Source of the DNA: Alphaproteobacteria bacterium
GTDB lineage: Bacteria > Pseudomonadota > Alphaproteobacteria > Bin95
Direction of reading: 5' to 3'
Length of the DNA stretch: 64,000 bases
Assembly: GCA_965205265.1 (NCBI GenBank)
Contig: CBDBGH010000003.1
Coordinates: 2,976,001-3,040,000, forward strand
In this document: positions 46,827 to 56,562 of the stretch, in pieces
How positions within the stretch are numbered: position 1 is the first letter of the stretch
Layout of the letters: each line of letters begins with the position of its first letter
The notes under the pieces: generated by a model
The model's database searches: none
Seen by the model: the letters and a program-made list of their open reading frames with translations, nothing else
Told to the model about the DNA's origin: nothing
Made by a program: the position numbers and the translations under genes

Positions 46827-47485
46827 ACGCCCGGTTCCGCGCAGCCCTCGGCCACGAATTCGCCGATCCCCGCCTGCTCCGGCAGGCGCTGACCCACCCG
46901 AGCGCGCCGGGGCGCGAGGACGATGCGTTCCAGAGGCTGGAATTCCTGGGCGACCGCGTGCTCGGCCTCATCGTGGCCGAAATGCTGCTCGAACGCTTCC
47001 CGGACGTCGATGAGGGCGGGCTCGGGCGGCGCCTGTCCGTGCTGGTGAGCCGGGAGGCGCTGGTGGAGATTGCCGGGGAAACGGGCCTCGACGAGGCGGT
47101 TGCGCGGGCGCGGGACCCCGGGGCCGGCGGCGGGCGCATGGCGGCAACCGCGGCGGCCGACGCCTGCGAGGCGGTCATTGCCGCGCTTTTCCTCGACGGC
47201 GGGCTCGACGCCGCGCGGCAGTTCATCCGCCGTCACTGGCAGGCGCCGGTCGAGCGCCATGCGGAGGTGGAGCGCGATGCCCGCAGCCGCCTGCAGGAGT
47301 GGAGCCACGCCCGCGCGCTCGGCCAGCCGGTCTATACCGTCTCTGCCCGGCGCGGCCCCGCGCACCGCCCCGAATTCGAGGTCGAGGCCGCGCTTTCCAG
47401 CGGCGAGCGGGCAAGGGGCTCGGGCGGCTCCAAGCGCGCGGCGGCCGCGGCGGCCGCCGCCGCCCTGCTCGAACGGCTGGAATGA
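46823..47485 (+). CDS. rnc: Ribonuclease III
   Basis: ALTHPS, RLEFLGD, ADACEA, dsRBD LQEW..GPAHRP. Confidence 0.93.
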   Translation: MNARFRAALGHEFADPRLLRQALTHPSAPGREDDAFQRLEFLGDRVLGLIVAEMLLERFPDVDEGGLGRRLSVLVSREALVEIAGETGLDEAVARARDPGAGGGRMAATAAADACEAVIAALFLDGGLDAARQFIRRHWQAPVERHAEVERDARSRLQEWSHARALGQPVYTVSARRGPAHRPEFEVEAALSSGERARGSGGSKRAAAAAAAAALLERLE

Positions 47486-48378
47486 CCGCGCGCCGGGCCG
47501 GTTTCGTCGCTCTGCTCGGCGCGCCCAATGCCGGCAAGTCCACCCTGCTCAACCGGCTGGTCGGCGCGAAGGTCTCCATCGTCACGCCCAAGGCGCAGAC
47601 CACGCGCTCGCGCATTCTCGGCATCCGCAACCATGGCGCGGCCCAGGCCGTGTTCGTCGATACGCCCGGCATATTCGAGCCGCGCCGGCGGCTGGAGCGC
47701 GCGATGGTGCGCCGGGCCTGGCGCGCCGCGGGCGATGCCGACATGACCGTGCTGCTCGTCGATGCCGCGCGCCGGGCGGGCGCCCGCGAGGAGGCTATCG
47801 TCAGCAGCCTCAAGGCGGGCGGCAGGCAGGCGGTGCTGGCGCTCAACAAGATCGACCTGATCGCGCGCGAGCGGCTGCTGGCGCGCGCCGACCGGCTTTA
47901 CGGCACGGGCTGCTTCAGCGATGTCTTCATGGTCTCGGCGCTGACCGGCGACGGCGTGGACGACCTGCTGGAGCATCTGGCGGCGCGCCTGCCGGAAGGC
48001 CCTTGGCTCTATCCCGAGGACGACCTCTCCGATGTGCCGCTGCGCTTCCTCGCCGCTGAGATCACGCGCGAGAAGCTGTTCCTGCGCCTGCATGACGAGA
48101 TTCCCTACGACGTCGCGACGGAAACGGCGGACTGGCAGGAGTTCGACAATGGCGGCGTGCGCATCGACCAGACGGTCTATGTGCGCCGGACGAGCCAGCG
48201 CGCGATCGTGCTCGGCAAGGGCGGCGCGCGCATCAAGGCCGTCCGCGAGGCCGCGCAGGCGGAGCTGGCCGACGCGCTCGACCGGCCGGTCCACCTGTTC
48301 CTGACGGTAAGGGTGCGCGAGGGCTGGCCCGACGACCCCGAGCGCTTCCGCGACCTCGGCCTCGACTACAATGTCTGA
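47482..48378 (+). CDS. era: GTPase Era
   Basis: GAPNAGKS, QTTR, DTPG, NKID, KH domain LGKGG. Confidence 0.96.
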   Translation: MTARRAGFVALLGAPNAGKSTLLNRLVGAKVSIVTPKAQTTRSRILGIRNHGAAQAVFVDTPGIFEPRRRLERAMVRRAWRAAGDADMTVLLVDAARRAGAREEAIVSSLKAGGRQAVLALNKIDLIARERLLARADRLYGTGCFSDVFMVSALTGDGVDDLLEHLAARLPEGPWLYPEDDLSDVPLRFLAAEITREKLFLRLHDEIPYDVATETADWQEFDNGGVRIDQTVYVRRTSQRAIVLGKGGARIKAVREAAQAELADALDRPVHLFLTVRVREGWPDDPERFRDLGLDYNV

Positions 48379-48524
48379 ACCGGACGGCGGGAGCCGTTCG
48401 GGACTTCCGCATGCAATCCCCGATGCATTAATATCAAAACCGGACCGGCCGCCGGGGCCGGTCGCCTGCCCGTCCGCATCGGGCGCGGCTTGAGGACTCC
48501 CGAACTCGCACCGGAGGGAACATC

Positions 48525-48806
48525 ATGGCCAGATTCGTCATGCTCGGAAAATACACGCAGGGGTCGATGGAGGGGATCAGCGCGTCGCGCACCGACCGGG
48601 CGGCGGAGGCGGTCCGCGAGAGCGGCGGCGAGGTGATCGGCATATACGCGCTGCTCGGGGCCTACGACCTCATCCTCCTGGTGGACCTGCCGGATGTCGA
48701 GACCGCGATGCAGGTCTCGCTGAAACTGACCCGGCTGACCGGGGTCGGGTTCCTGACCTCGCCCGCCGTCGATGTGGAGACATTCGACGCCCTCGCTTCG
48801 GACTAG
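48525..48806 (+). CDS. GYD domain protein
   Basis: GGAGG RBS; GGEVIGIYALLGAYD. Confidence 0.8.
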   Translation: MARFVMLGKYTQGSMEGISASRTDRAAEAVRESGGEVIGIYALLGAYDLILLVDLPDVETAMQVSLKLTRLTGVGFLTSPAVDVETFDALASD

Positions 48807-48854
48807 GGTGCGGCCCGCCGCGCAGGCGGAGGCCTGTCTTTGCCGGAGGTTGCG

Positions 48855-51692
48855 GTGACGCCGGGGGCGTTCATCGCCAAGTGGCGCGCGTCGGCGCTGA
48901 AGGAGCGCTCGGCCGCGCAGGAGCATTTCATCGACCTCTGCCGGCTGCTGGGCGAGCCGACGCCGGCCGAAGCGGACCCTGCCGGGGCGCATTACTGCTT
49001 CGAGCGCGGCGCGCGCAAGGACACCGGCGGCGAGGGCTGGGCGGATGTGTGGAAGCGCGGCTGCTTCGCCTGGGAATACAAGGGCAAGCACGCGGACCTC
49101 GACGCGGCTTTCGACCAGCTCCGGCAATATGCGCTGGCGCTGGAGAACCCGCCGCTGCTGGTCGTCTCCGACATGGCGCGCTTCCGCATCCGCACCGCCT
49201 GGACCAACAGCGTGAGCGAGACGCACGAATTCGCGCTGGAGGACCTTGCCGACGCCGCGTGGCGCGACAGGCTGAAATGGGCGATGTCGGACCCGGAGCG
49301 CCTCAGGCCGGGGACAAGCCGGCAGGCGCTGACCGAGCGCGCGGCGGCCGCCTTCGCGGCGCTGGCGGCGCGCCTCAGGGCGCAGGGCCATGACCCGCAG
49401 GCGGTGGCCCATTTCGTCAACCGGCTGGTGTTCTGCATGTTCGCCGAGGATGCGGGCCTGCTGCCGGACAGCATGTTCACGCGGATGCTGGAGCATGCGC
49501 GGCGGCGGCCGGAGGAGTTCCGCGACCTTGCGCGGGACCTGTTCGGCGCGATGGCGGCCGGCGGGCGCGTCGGCTTCGAGGCGGTGGCGCGGTTCAATGG
49601 CGGGCTGTTCGACGACGATGCCGCCCTGCCGCTCGACCGGGCGGGAATAGAGACGGCGCTGGAGGCGGCGGCGCTCGACTGGTCGGAGATCGACCCTTCC
49701 ATCCTCGGCACGCTGTTCGAACGCGGGCTGGACCCGGACAAGCGCTCGCAGCTCGGCGCACATTACACGGACCGCGACAAGATCATGGCCATTGTGGAGC
49801 CGGTGGTCGTCCGCCCGCTGCTGGCCGAATGGGAGGCGGCGAAGGCGGAGGTGGCGGCGGCGCTGGACCGCGCGGCGGCCGCCCGCTCCGCGCGGACGCG
49901 CAACCGGGAACGCGGCCGGGCGGAGCGGTCGTTCGGGGCGTTCCTGGCGCGGCTCAGGGCGTTCACTGTGCTCGACCCGGCCTGCGGCTCCGGCAATTTC
50001 CTCTATCTGGCGCTGCACGCGCTCAAGGACATCGAGCACCGCGTGCAGCTGGAGGCGGAGGCGCTGGGCCTCCAGCGCGGCTTCCCGGAAATCGGCCCGG
50101 CGAGCGTGAAGGGCATCGAGGTCAACGCTTACGCGGCGGAACTGGCGCGCGTCTCGGTCTGGATCGGGGAAATCCAGTGGATGCGCCGCAACGGCTTCGC
50201 CGTGTCGCTCGACCCCGTGCTGAAGCCGCTGGAAACCGTCGAATGCCGCGACGCCATCCTCGCGCCCGACGGCTCCGAGCCGGACTGGCCGGAAGCCGAT
50301 GTCGTGATCGGCAACCCGCCGTTTCTGGGCGACCGCGTCATGCGGGACGGGCTCGGCCACGAATACACGGAGCGTTTGCGCCGCAGATACCGGGGCAAGG
50401 TGCCGGCGTCGGGCGATCTTGTCTGCTACTGGTTTCACAAGGCGGGCCAACTGGTCGCGGAAGGCAGGCTCGTCCGCGCCGGCCTTGTCGCGACGAATTC
50501 GATCCGGGGCGGAAACAACCGGAAGGTCCTCGACCGGATTGTCGATGGAGGCTCCATTTTCGACGCTCGGCCCGACGAACCCTGGGTGATCGACGGCGCG
50601 GCCGTGCGGGTGTCGCTGGTCTGCTTCGCGGCGAAGGACGCCGGCCTTCCGGTTTTCCTGAATGGGGAGAAAACGGCGCATATCCACGCCGACCTTACGG
50701 CAGGCGGCATCGACCTGACGCGGGCGGTACGACTGAACCGGAACCGGGCGGTCGCTTTCCTGGGCGTTTACAAGAACGGTCCGTTCGACATGCCGGGCGA
50801 CTTGGCGCGAGAGTGGCTGAGCCTCCCGGCGAACCCGAACGGGCGGCCCAATGCCGATGTTCTCAAGCCGAGGTTCAATGGCATGGACCTGACTCGCCGC
50901 CCGGCGGGCAACTGGATTGTGGATTTCGGCGAAGACATGGGTGAAGCCGATGCGGCGCTCTACGAAGCTCCGTTCGCCCATGTCGTGGAACATGTGAAGC
51001 CGGTGCGCCTCCGCAGACGGCGGGAGAGGCATCGCAAATACTGGTGGCGGCACGGCGAAACCCGTCCGGGCATGTGGCGGGCGCTTGAGGGCCTGCCGCG
51101 CTTCATCGCCACCCCGACGGTTTCCAAGCACCGGTTGTTCGTCTGGCTGGATGCAGGCGTCTGCCCCGACCATCAGCTTATCGTCATCGCCCGCGACGAC
51201 GACACGGCTTTCGGCATCCTGCACAGCCGCTTCCACGAGGCATGGTCGCTTCGGCTCGGCACCAGCCTCGAAGACCGCCCGCGCTATACGCCGACCACGA
51301 CCTTCGAGACCTTCCCCTTCCCGGAGGGCCTTTCGCCGGACATTCCCGCCGCCGAATACGCCGAAGACCCGCGCGCCCAAGCCATCGCCGAAGCCGCCCG
51401 CCGCCTCGTCGAACTGCGCGACCGCTGGCTCAACCCTCCCGAATGGGTCGAATGGCTGGAGGAGCCCGCCCCCGGCTACCCGCCCCGCCCCGTCCCCCGC
51501 AACGAGGAAGCGGCAAAGGAACTCCGCAAGCGCACCCTCACAAACCTCTACAACGCCCGCCCCCAATGGCTCGCCGACGCCCACACCGCACTGGACGCCG
51601 CCGTTGCTGCGGCCTATGGCTGGGATGCGAACATTGAGGAGGAGGAGGCGCTGGGGGAATTGCTGGCGTTGAACTTGTCCATGAGTGCTTGA
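48855..51692 (+). CDS. MmeI-like type IIL/IIG restriction-modification enzyme (N6A MTase with N-terminal nuclease and C-terminal TRD)
   Basis: ERSAAQEHF, ADVW..AWEYK (PD-ExK), FNGGLF, GAHYT, DPACGSGNF, GNPPF, RYTP..FETFPFP, LTNLYN. Confidence 0.9.
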   Translation: MTPGAFIAKWRASALKERSAAQEHFIDLCRLLGEPTPAEADPAGAHYCFERGARKDTGGEGWADVWKRGCFAWEYKGKHADLDAAFDQLRQYALALENPPLLVVSDMARFRIRTAWTNSVSETHEFALEDLADAAWRDRLKWAMSDPERLRPGTSRQALTERAAAAFAALAARLRAQGHDPQAVAHFVNRLVFCMFAEDAGLLPDSMFTRMLEHARRRPEEFRDLARDLFGAMAAGGRVGFEAVARFNGGLFDDDAALPLDRAGIETALEAAALDWSEIDPSILGTLFERGLDPDKRSQLGAHYTDRDKIMAIVEPVVVRPLLAEWEAAKAEVAAALDRAAAARSARTRNRERGRAERSFGAFLARLRAFTVLDPACGSGNFLYLALHALKDIEHRVQLEAEALGLQRGFPEIGPASVKGIEVNAYAAELARVSVWIGEIQWMRRNGFAVSLDPVLKPLETVECRDAILAPDGSEPDWPEADVVIGNPPFLGDRVMRDGLGHEYTERLRRRYRGKVPASGDLVCYWFHKAGQLVAEGRLVRAGLVATNSIRGGNNRKVLDRIVDGGSIFDARPDEPWVIDGAAVRVSLVCFAAKDAGLPVFLNGEKTAHIHADLTAGGIDLTRAVRLNRNRAVAFLGVYKNGPFDMPGDLAREWLSLPANPNGRPNADVLKPRFNGMDLTRRPAGNWIVDFGEDMGEADAALYEAPFAHVVEHVKPVRLRRRRERHRKYWWRHGETRPGMWRALEGLPRFIATPTVSKHRLFVWLDAGVCPDHQLIVIARDDDTAFGILHSRFHEAWSLRLGTSLEDRPRYTPTTTFETFPFPEGLSPDIPAAEYAEDPRAQAIAEAARRLVELRDRWLNPPEWVEWLEEPAPGYPPRPVPRNEEAAKELRKRTLTNLYNARPQWLADAHTALDAAVAAAYGWDANIEEEEALGELLALNLSMSA

Positions 51693-51739
51693 TTAGGGCG
51701 CTTGCATCGACAATAACGGAAGTCGTAGGAAGAATAGTA

Positions 51740-52633
51740 ATGTCAACTCCCAAACGTCATCATACTACCCCGATTATGTTGATAAAGAACTTCGTCGATT
51801 CGGACGGGTTTCTCCATGTCGGGTGGCCCAATCATATTGACCGAAGCGTTGTGCCAATGAAGCCCAGTCAAGCTTTGGTGAGAACGCACTTTCATACCCT
51901 TACGAAGCGAGATGGATCTCGCGACACATATGTCGAAGCGCGGCTCTCCGATCAGGAAAGTCTATGGAGTCCGATTGTGGATAAAATCATTGGACAAATA
52001 GATGCAAGCCAAGACCGATCTGGACAACATATATCACTGGAACGAGATGAAATAAAACTAATGAAGCAGCTTGTATTTATACAATTTTGGAGATCTTCAG
52101 ATAACTACAAAGACGAGAAAATGGGCGAATTATTGAAAGATGCGTTGTCTTTGTTTGAAACAGAGTTCGGTATATCCGTGTCAAGATTAGCTAAATTAAA
52201 CCCTAAACAAAAGCTGTCTGACGAGGATTTATCGAGAATCAAGGATAATTCCAGGGTATCGGCAATTAATAGTGCTTTGGACGGTGAACCTTCTTCCTTG
52301 AAAATGGTTATGGGCAAGAATCTTGCTGTATGCGTGATTCGAAATCCCAACAAAAGCTTCATATCTGGCAGTAGCCCTGTAGCGAATAATTCGACTGAAC
52401 AAAAGCCACTATACCATCCGGAATCGTGCTTATTTTTGCCGATTGCGAGTCATGTTGCGCTACAGCTCATGAACACTGAAGCTATAGAACCAACCATGCG
52501 TGATGGTGCCGTTGTATATCCTCCCAATAATCAATGGATTCGTTTTTTAAATTTAAGTATTGCTCGCCAAAGCGAAACAATTGTGGGGCGGAGCGGACAA
52601 TTGATCGAGTCTCTTTGCCGAGACAGGAGATGA
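51740..52633 (+). CDS. DUF4238-like protein (low GC)
   Basis: N-terminal KRHHTTP.MLIKNF; SFISGSSPV, FLPIAS motifs. Confidence 0.65.
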   Translation: MSTPKRHHTTPIMLIKNFVDSDGFLHVGWPNHIDRSVVPMKPSQALVRTHFHTLTKRDGSRDTYVEARLSDQESLWSPIVDKIIGQIDASQDRSGQHISLERDEIKLMKQLVFIQFWRSSDNYKDEKMGELLKDALSLFETEFGISVSRLAKLNPKQKLSDEDLSRIKDNSRVSAINSALDGEPSSLKMVMGKNLAVCVIRNPNKSFISGSSPVANNSTEQKPLYHPESCLFLPIASHVALQLMNTEAIEPTMRDGAVVYPPNNQWIRFLNLSIARQSETIVGRSGQLIESLCRDRR

Positions 52634-52705
52634 CAGACGGTTTAACTGTATCGGTAATCCAGGGTTTTGGAGGAGGCGAAGCGGCGCGACGAAGACGTTT
52701 GAATT

Positions 52706-54621
52706 CCTGACTTCGACGGTTGATTCGCATAAGTAGTTGATATTGCCTGGTTCTCATTTCGGCTAGGCACTACATCCGGCATTTCTTCGAGCCGTGCTTC
52801 GTCGACGGTCAGGCGAGTTGATACGGGGTGATCGTCAGGGGCAGCCCCATGGTTGCGTAAATCTGCTCCGCCGCCGGTGTCGGCTTCGAGGGGATGACGT
52901 AGCGGTTGCCCGATTGCCGACAGCGCAGCAGGGAGCACTGGCGGTGGACGAGGGCGGAGCGGATGACCTCCGGGGACATCCGCCGCTTCTGGATGGCGAC
53001 GCGGTACGCAAGGTGTCGAACGCAGGCGAAGGCCAGGAAGGCGATGGCGATGTGAGCGCGGATCCGGTCCGGGTTCCAGTGCCAGATGGGACGTATCTTC
53101 AGGTCGTGTTTGGTGATCCGGAAGCTCTCCTCGACCTGCCAGAGCCCCTGGTAGTGAGCCATCACTTCGGTGACGCGCGCGTCGCGCAGATTGGTGATGA
53201 CGCCGGTGAGCCCGTCCCATCGTGCGGCCTCGGCGATCTTCTCCGGGTTCACCGTGAGCCGTGCGTCGCCCTCGACGGCGATGAAGCGCTTTGCCCCGTG
53301 ATTGGAGAGCAGTTCCCTGGGATTGTCGCTGCGGGCCAGCCTGTCGAGCAGGCGTTCCACCTGATGGCGGCGCTCGTGCGCGTCCTTGCGTGCGCGCTGG
53401 GGGCAGAAGACGACGATCAGGCGACGGCCCTTGTACTCCCACTCGCCGACCCGGCGGTCCTGTGAGCCCTCCAGCGGGGCATAGGTCCCGGGGTCGAGAA
53501 CCTGCCCCAGCAGCGCGAGCGGCAGCTTGCGCAGCCGCGCGCCGACGACATACTCGCCGCCGATGGCGTCCATGGCGTCGAGGTTGTCGGCGCTCAGCAT
53601 GCCCCGGTCGGCCACGCATACCGTGCGCTCCACCTGGTGGCGGCGCTGCATGTCCTGCAGGACCGGGACCATGCTGTGTCCCTCGTAGGTGGCGCCGGGG
53701 AAGACCTCGTAGCTGATCGGCAGCCCTTCGCGCGTCACCATCAGCGCCAGCAGAACCTGCGAGTCCTTGTGTTTGCCGTCCTTGCTGAAGCCGTGCTGGC
53801 GAAGCTCGTCCTCGGCGGCCGTCTCGAAGTAGAGCGTGGTGCAATCGAAGAAGAGGATCGCGACCGGCTCCGGCAGCAGCGACCGGCTCGCCTCGCCGAC
53901 GCGCGTGCGCAGTCGCTCGATCACCGTCGCGTCGAGCTGATCCATCATCCGGTAGACCTTCTCGAGCGGAAGACTCACGCCGAAGTCCTCCTCGAGCCGG
54001 CGCACGCTGCCCCGCTTGCTGTCGGGGTTGGCTACCCGCGCCATCACCACATGGAACAGCGCGTCATGGGAGGCCCGGTAGCGCGAGCGCGGCAGCAGCG
54101 CGTCGAGGCCCAGCAGCCGGTAGATCTCGCCATAGACCTCGTGGATGCCTGTGATCAGGCGCTGCTCCTCTTCAAGCTGCTTGAGGTCGACCGGGAGTTC
54201 CTCCTTGCCGTCCCCCCGGCGGCCGACACGGATCGCCTGCTCAGCGATCTTCTCGGGCGCAAACAATGCCGGCTGACGCTCGTCCTCCAGCTTCGCCTTG
54301 ACGTACTCGCCGAGCTGCCTCAGGCGCTCGAGCTCGTCCTCGTCCATGGCCACGCCGACATGGCGGACGATGCGCTGTCGGACCTTGCCGCCGTCGCGCA
54401 CGGCCTCGACGATCTGGACCGAGCGTCGCGGGCTGTTGGGGGAGGTCTTGATGCGCACGAACATGGGGGGAGTGTAGCGCGTGGCGGAGGCATTGACAGT
54501 CTCAAAGATTTACTAGGCACTACAACGCAGCTTGACCGCACCGCAACTGCCAACTCATTGGCTTTACTGAAAACTCCAGACGCGAGATCGGTCAGAAGTC
54601 AGCCCAACCGTCGAAGTCAGG
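52706..54621 (-). mobile_element. IS1634-family element copy 2 (1916 bp), 11-bp TSD ACGTTTGAATT
   Basis: Same IRs as copy 1; TSD at 52695-52705 and 54622-54632. Confidence 0.95.
52809..54464 (-). CDS. IS1634-family DDE transposase
   Basis: Identical translation to 26560-28215. Confidence 0.93.
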   Translation of the reverse strand: MFVRIKTSPNSPRRSVQIVEAVRDGGKVRQRIVRHVGVAMDEDELERLRQLGEYVKAKLEDERQPALFAPEKIAEQAIRVGRRGDGKEELPVDLKQLEEEQRLITGIHEVYGEIYRLLGLDALLPRSRYRASHDALFHVVMARVANPDSKRGSVRRLEEDFGVSLPLEKVYRMMDQLDATVIERLRTRVGEASRSLLPEPVAILFFDCTTLYFETAAEDELRQHGFSKDGKHKDSQVLLALMVTREGLPISYEVFPGATYEGHSMVPVLQDMQRRHQVERTVCVADRGMLSADNLDAMDAIGGEYVVGARLRKLPLALLGQVLDPGTYAPLEGSQDRRVGEWEYKGRRLIVVFCPQRARKDAHERRHQVERLLDRLARSDNPRELLSNHGAKRFIAVEGDARLTVNPEKIAEAARWDGLTGVITNLRDARVTEVMAHYQGLWQVEESFRITKHDLKIRPIWHWNPDRIRAHIAIAFLAFACVRHLAYRVAIQKRRMSPEVIRSALVHRQCSLLRCRQSGNRYVIPSKPTPAAEQIYATMGLPLTITPYQLA

Positions 54622-54644
54622 ACGTTTGAATTGCTGCGTTCCCG

Positions 54645-54773
54645 TCACCCGTCGGCGGCCAACGCGCGCCGGACGGCTTCGGGTTCCTTCTGCATCACCC
54701 GCAGGAGCGCCGCCGCCGGGCCGCTGACGCGCCGCGTTCCCTGTTCCCACTTGCGGTAGCCGGAAAGGCTCAT
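54645..54773 (-). pseudogene. C-terminal remnant of an Xre/HigA-like HTH antitoxin
   Basis: MSLSGYRKWEQGTRRVSGPAAALLRVMQKEPEAVRRAL. Confidence 0.65.
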
Positions 54774-54820
54774 GCCATCGGGGACGCCATCCGGGTCTGC
54801 GTGGGCTTCGCCTGCCGCCG

Positions 54821-55105
54821 CTACGCCGCCGGCGCTTCCCCGCCGACCGGTTCGTTGCGGCGCAGGATGTAATTTTCGACAAAGGTGAGCTTGCCCTTCA
54901 CCTCCGCCAGCCCCTGCTCCACAGCCCGCAGCCGCGCGTCGATACCGTCCAGACGACCGTCGATGCGCTTTTCGACGCCGTCGATGCGCCTGTCGATGCC
55001 GTCCAGGCGTTGCCCGAGGTCCCGGCGCAGCGATGTAATCATGCCGATGATCAGCGCGGCCAGGGCGGCGGCTGCGCCGAGAACCGCAATGAGAACCGGG
55101 TCCAT
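54821..55105 (-). CDS. Small protein: N-terminal TM anchor plus heptad-repeat coiled coil
   Basis: MDPVLIAVLGAAAALAALIIGMI then RLDGIDR/RIDGVEK/RLDGIDA repeats. Confidence 0.7.
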   Translation of the reverse strand: MDPVLIAVLGAAAALAALIIGMITSLRRDLGQRLDGIDRRIDGVEKRIDGRLDGIDARLRAVEQGLAEVKGKLTFVENYILRRNEPVGGEAPAA

Positions 55106-55374
55106 GGCGGCGCGAACTCCGAACGGCTTCAACGCCCGCGCGCTTCCGGCGTAAGCGGGAGCGCGCACGATAGCAAACCGCCCCGCTTTCTGTCCACGCC
55201 GCCGAGGGACGGGAACGAAGCTTTGCATCCTGCGCGCTTGCGGCAGCCGGAAAGGCTCATGCCCATCGGCGGCCCGTCCAGGCCTGCGCGGGCTTCGAGG
55301 GGTCCGGTGGAATCGGGACCCGGACCGACGCCCGGCAGCCTGGTCCCCAAGTCGTCATGCCCGTCCCCAATATC

Positions 55375-55463
55375 GTCATGCCCGGACTTGTTCCGGGCAT
55401 CCATGCGGCCGCCCCGAGGGAGAAGCGATGGAGGGAGATGCCCGGAACAAGTCCGGGCATGAC
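55375..55463. repeat. REP-like palindromic element (family A)
   Basis: GTCATGCCCGGACTTGTTCCGGGCATC...GATGCCCGGAACAAGTCCGGGCATGAC. Confidence 0.92.
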
Positions 55464-55721
55464 GGAGGAGGGCGCTCGGGCATGACGGAAGAACCTGTTC
55501 TGAGCCTGTCGAAGGGGAAGACGGGCGCCGGGCGGGCCGCAACCCCCGCGCTCGCCCGAAGGCATGAGGCTATTGCGAATGTCTCCGGCGCCCGCGCGCA
55601 GGATGGAGCCCGGCGCGGCGGCGGGCAAGCTCGAAAGCGGGCGGCGGGAAGCCGGCCGGCAGGGCAGGATCGGAAGCAATGCCTTGTTCATGAATTATTC
55701 GTTATAATTCCTACTTAATCA

Positions 55722-55750
55722 TTGACACCGGCAGGCCCTCCCCCTATATG
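55722..55750 (+). promoter_or_regulatory. Putative sigma70 promoter
   Basis: TTGACA-N17-TATATG, preceded by an AT-rich tract. Confidence 0.6.
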
Positions 55751-56241
55751 GGCCGGGAGGAGGCGGTATCCGGAGGCCGCATCCGTTCGCGCCGGCGCGA
55801 AAAACGCCCGGGAAGGCGGTGGGAGAGCTGCGCCCTGCGTCCGGCTCGCGCGCGCGGGCGCACCCGGGCAATCAGGCGCGCGATTCGCGCCGCCGCGAAA
55901 CGTGCGCCTGCGGGCGCAGGCGCGGGCGGGCATTACGCGCGAATCAGGGTCCCGCCGCCGGGGAAACCGGGAGCGGGACCGACGGAACGAAGAGGGTTCG
56001 AAAGGAGGCACCCATGCCGAAGACGGCAAGCCGGGGAAACCGGAGGACGACTGCGCCCGCAAGCCCCCACCCGTCGTCCCGGCCGGAGCGCAGCGCCTGC
56101 CCCGGCCTGCCCTCGCGGAAGCGGGGGGCCCCGATCCGGGGGAGAGCCGGGACCTCATGCAGCGTTGCCCCGGCCACGCGAGGCCCCGGCTCGCCCTGCG
56201 GGCGTCCGGGGCGACGGTGGGCGCCCGCGCGGGAGGAGCGT

Positions 56242-56473
56242 TATGCCCGGATGGATCATGGAACATGCATCACACGCATGAAGAACATGACATCTCATGA
56301 CACCTCCGCCGGTTCCGCCGCTTGGGGAAACCGGAGGACATACCGGGGGGCCCGCCCCGGACGAGGCCCCTATGCCCGGATCGAACGCACGACATGATCC
56401 CGGCGCATGGCGAACATGACATTCCATGACACCGCACAGCCCCCTCACGACGAAACATGACATTCCATGACAC
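56242..56473 (+). repeat. Three 20-bp direct repeats AACATGACAT(C/T)(T/C)CATGACAC
   Basis: Copies at 56284, 56413 and 56454; TATGCCCGGAT precedes the first two with a 129-bp period. Confidence 0.85.
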
Positions 56474-56562
56474 GCCCGCCGGTGCCGCCGCGGCGCCTTC
56501 GGAGGCGGCCCGGCCGAAAGCGCATGCGCGCCGGGCCGTGAACGGTGCTATGACGCCCGGCG

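Noticed and set aside
52630-52705. Gene following DUF4238 (MTDGLTVSVIQG...) disrupted by IS1634
   Set aside because: The rejoined sequence gives only a short ORF with no recognisable similarity; at most a stub.
56014-56397. Confident CDS behind AAAGGAGG
   Set aside because: Low-complexity product with no motifs; kept only as part of a finding.
56284-56473. CRISPR array
   Set aside because: Only three 20-bp repeats with spacers of 109 and 21 bp, and no cas genes.
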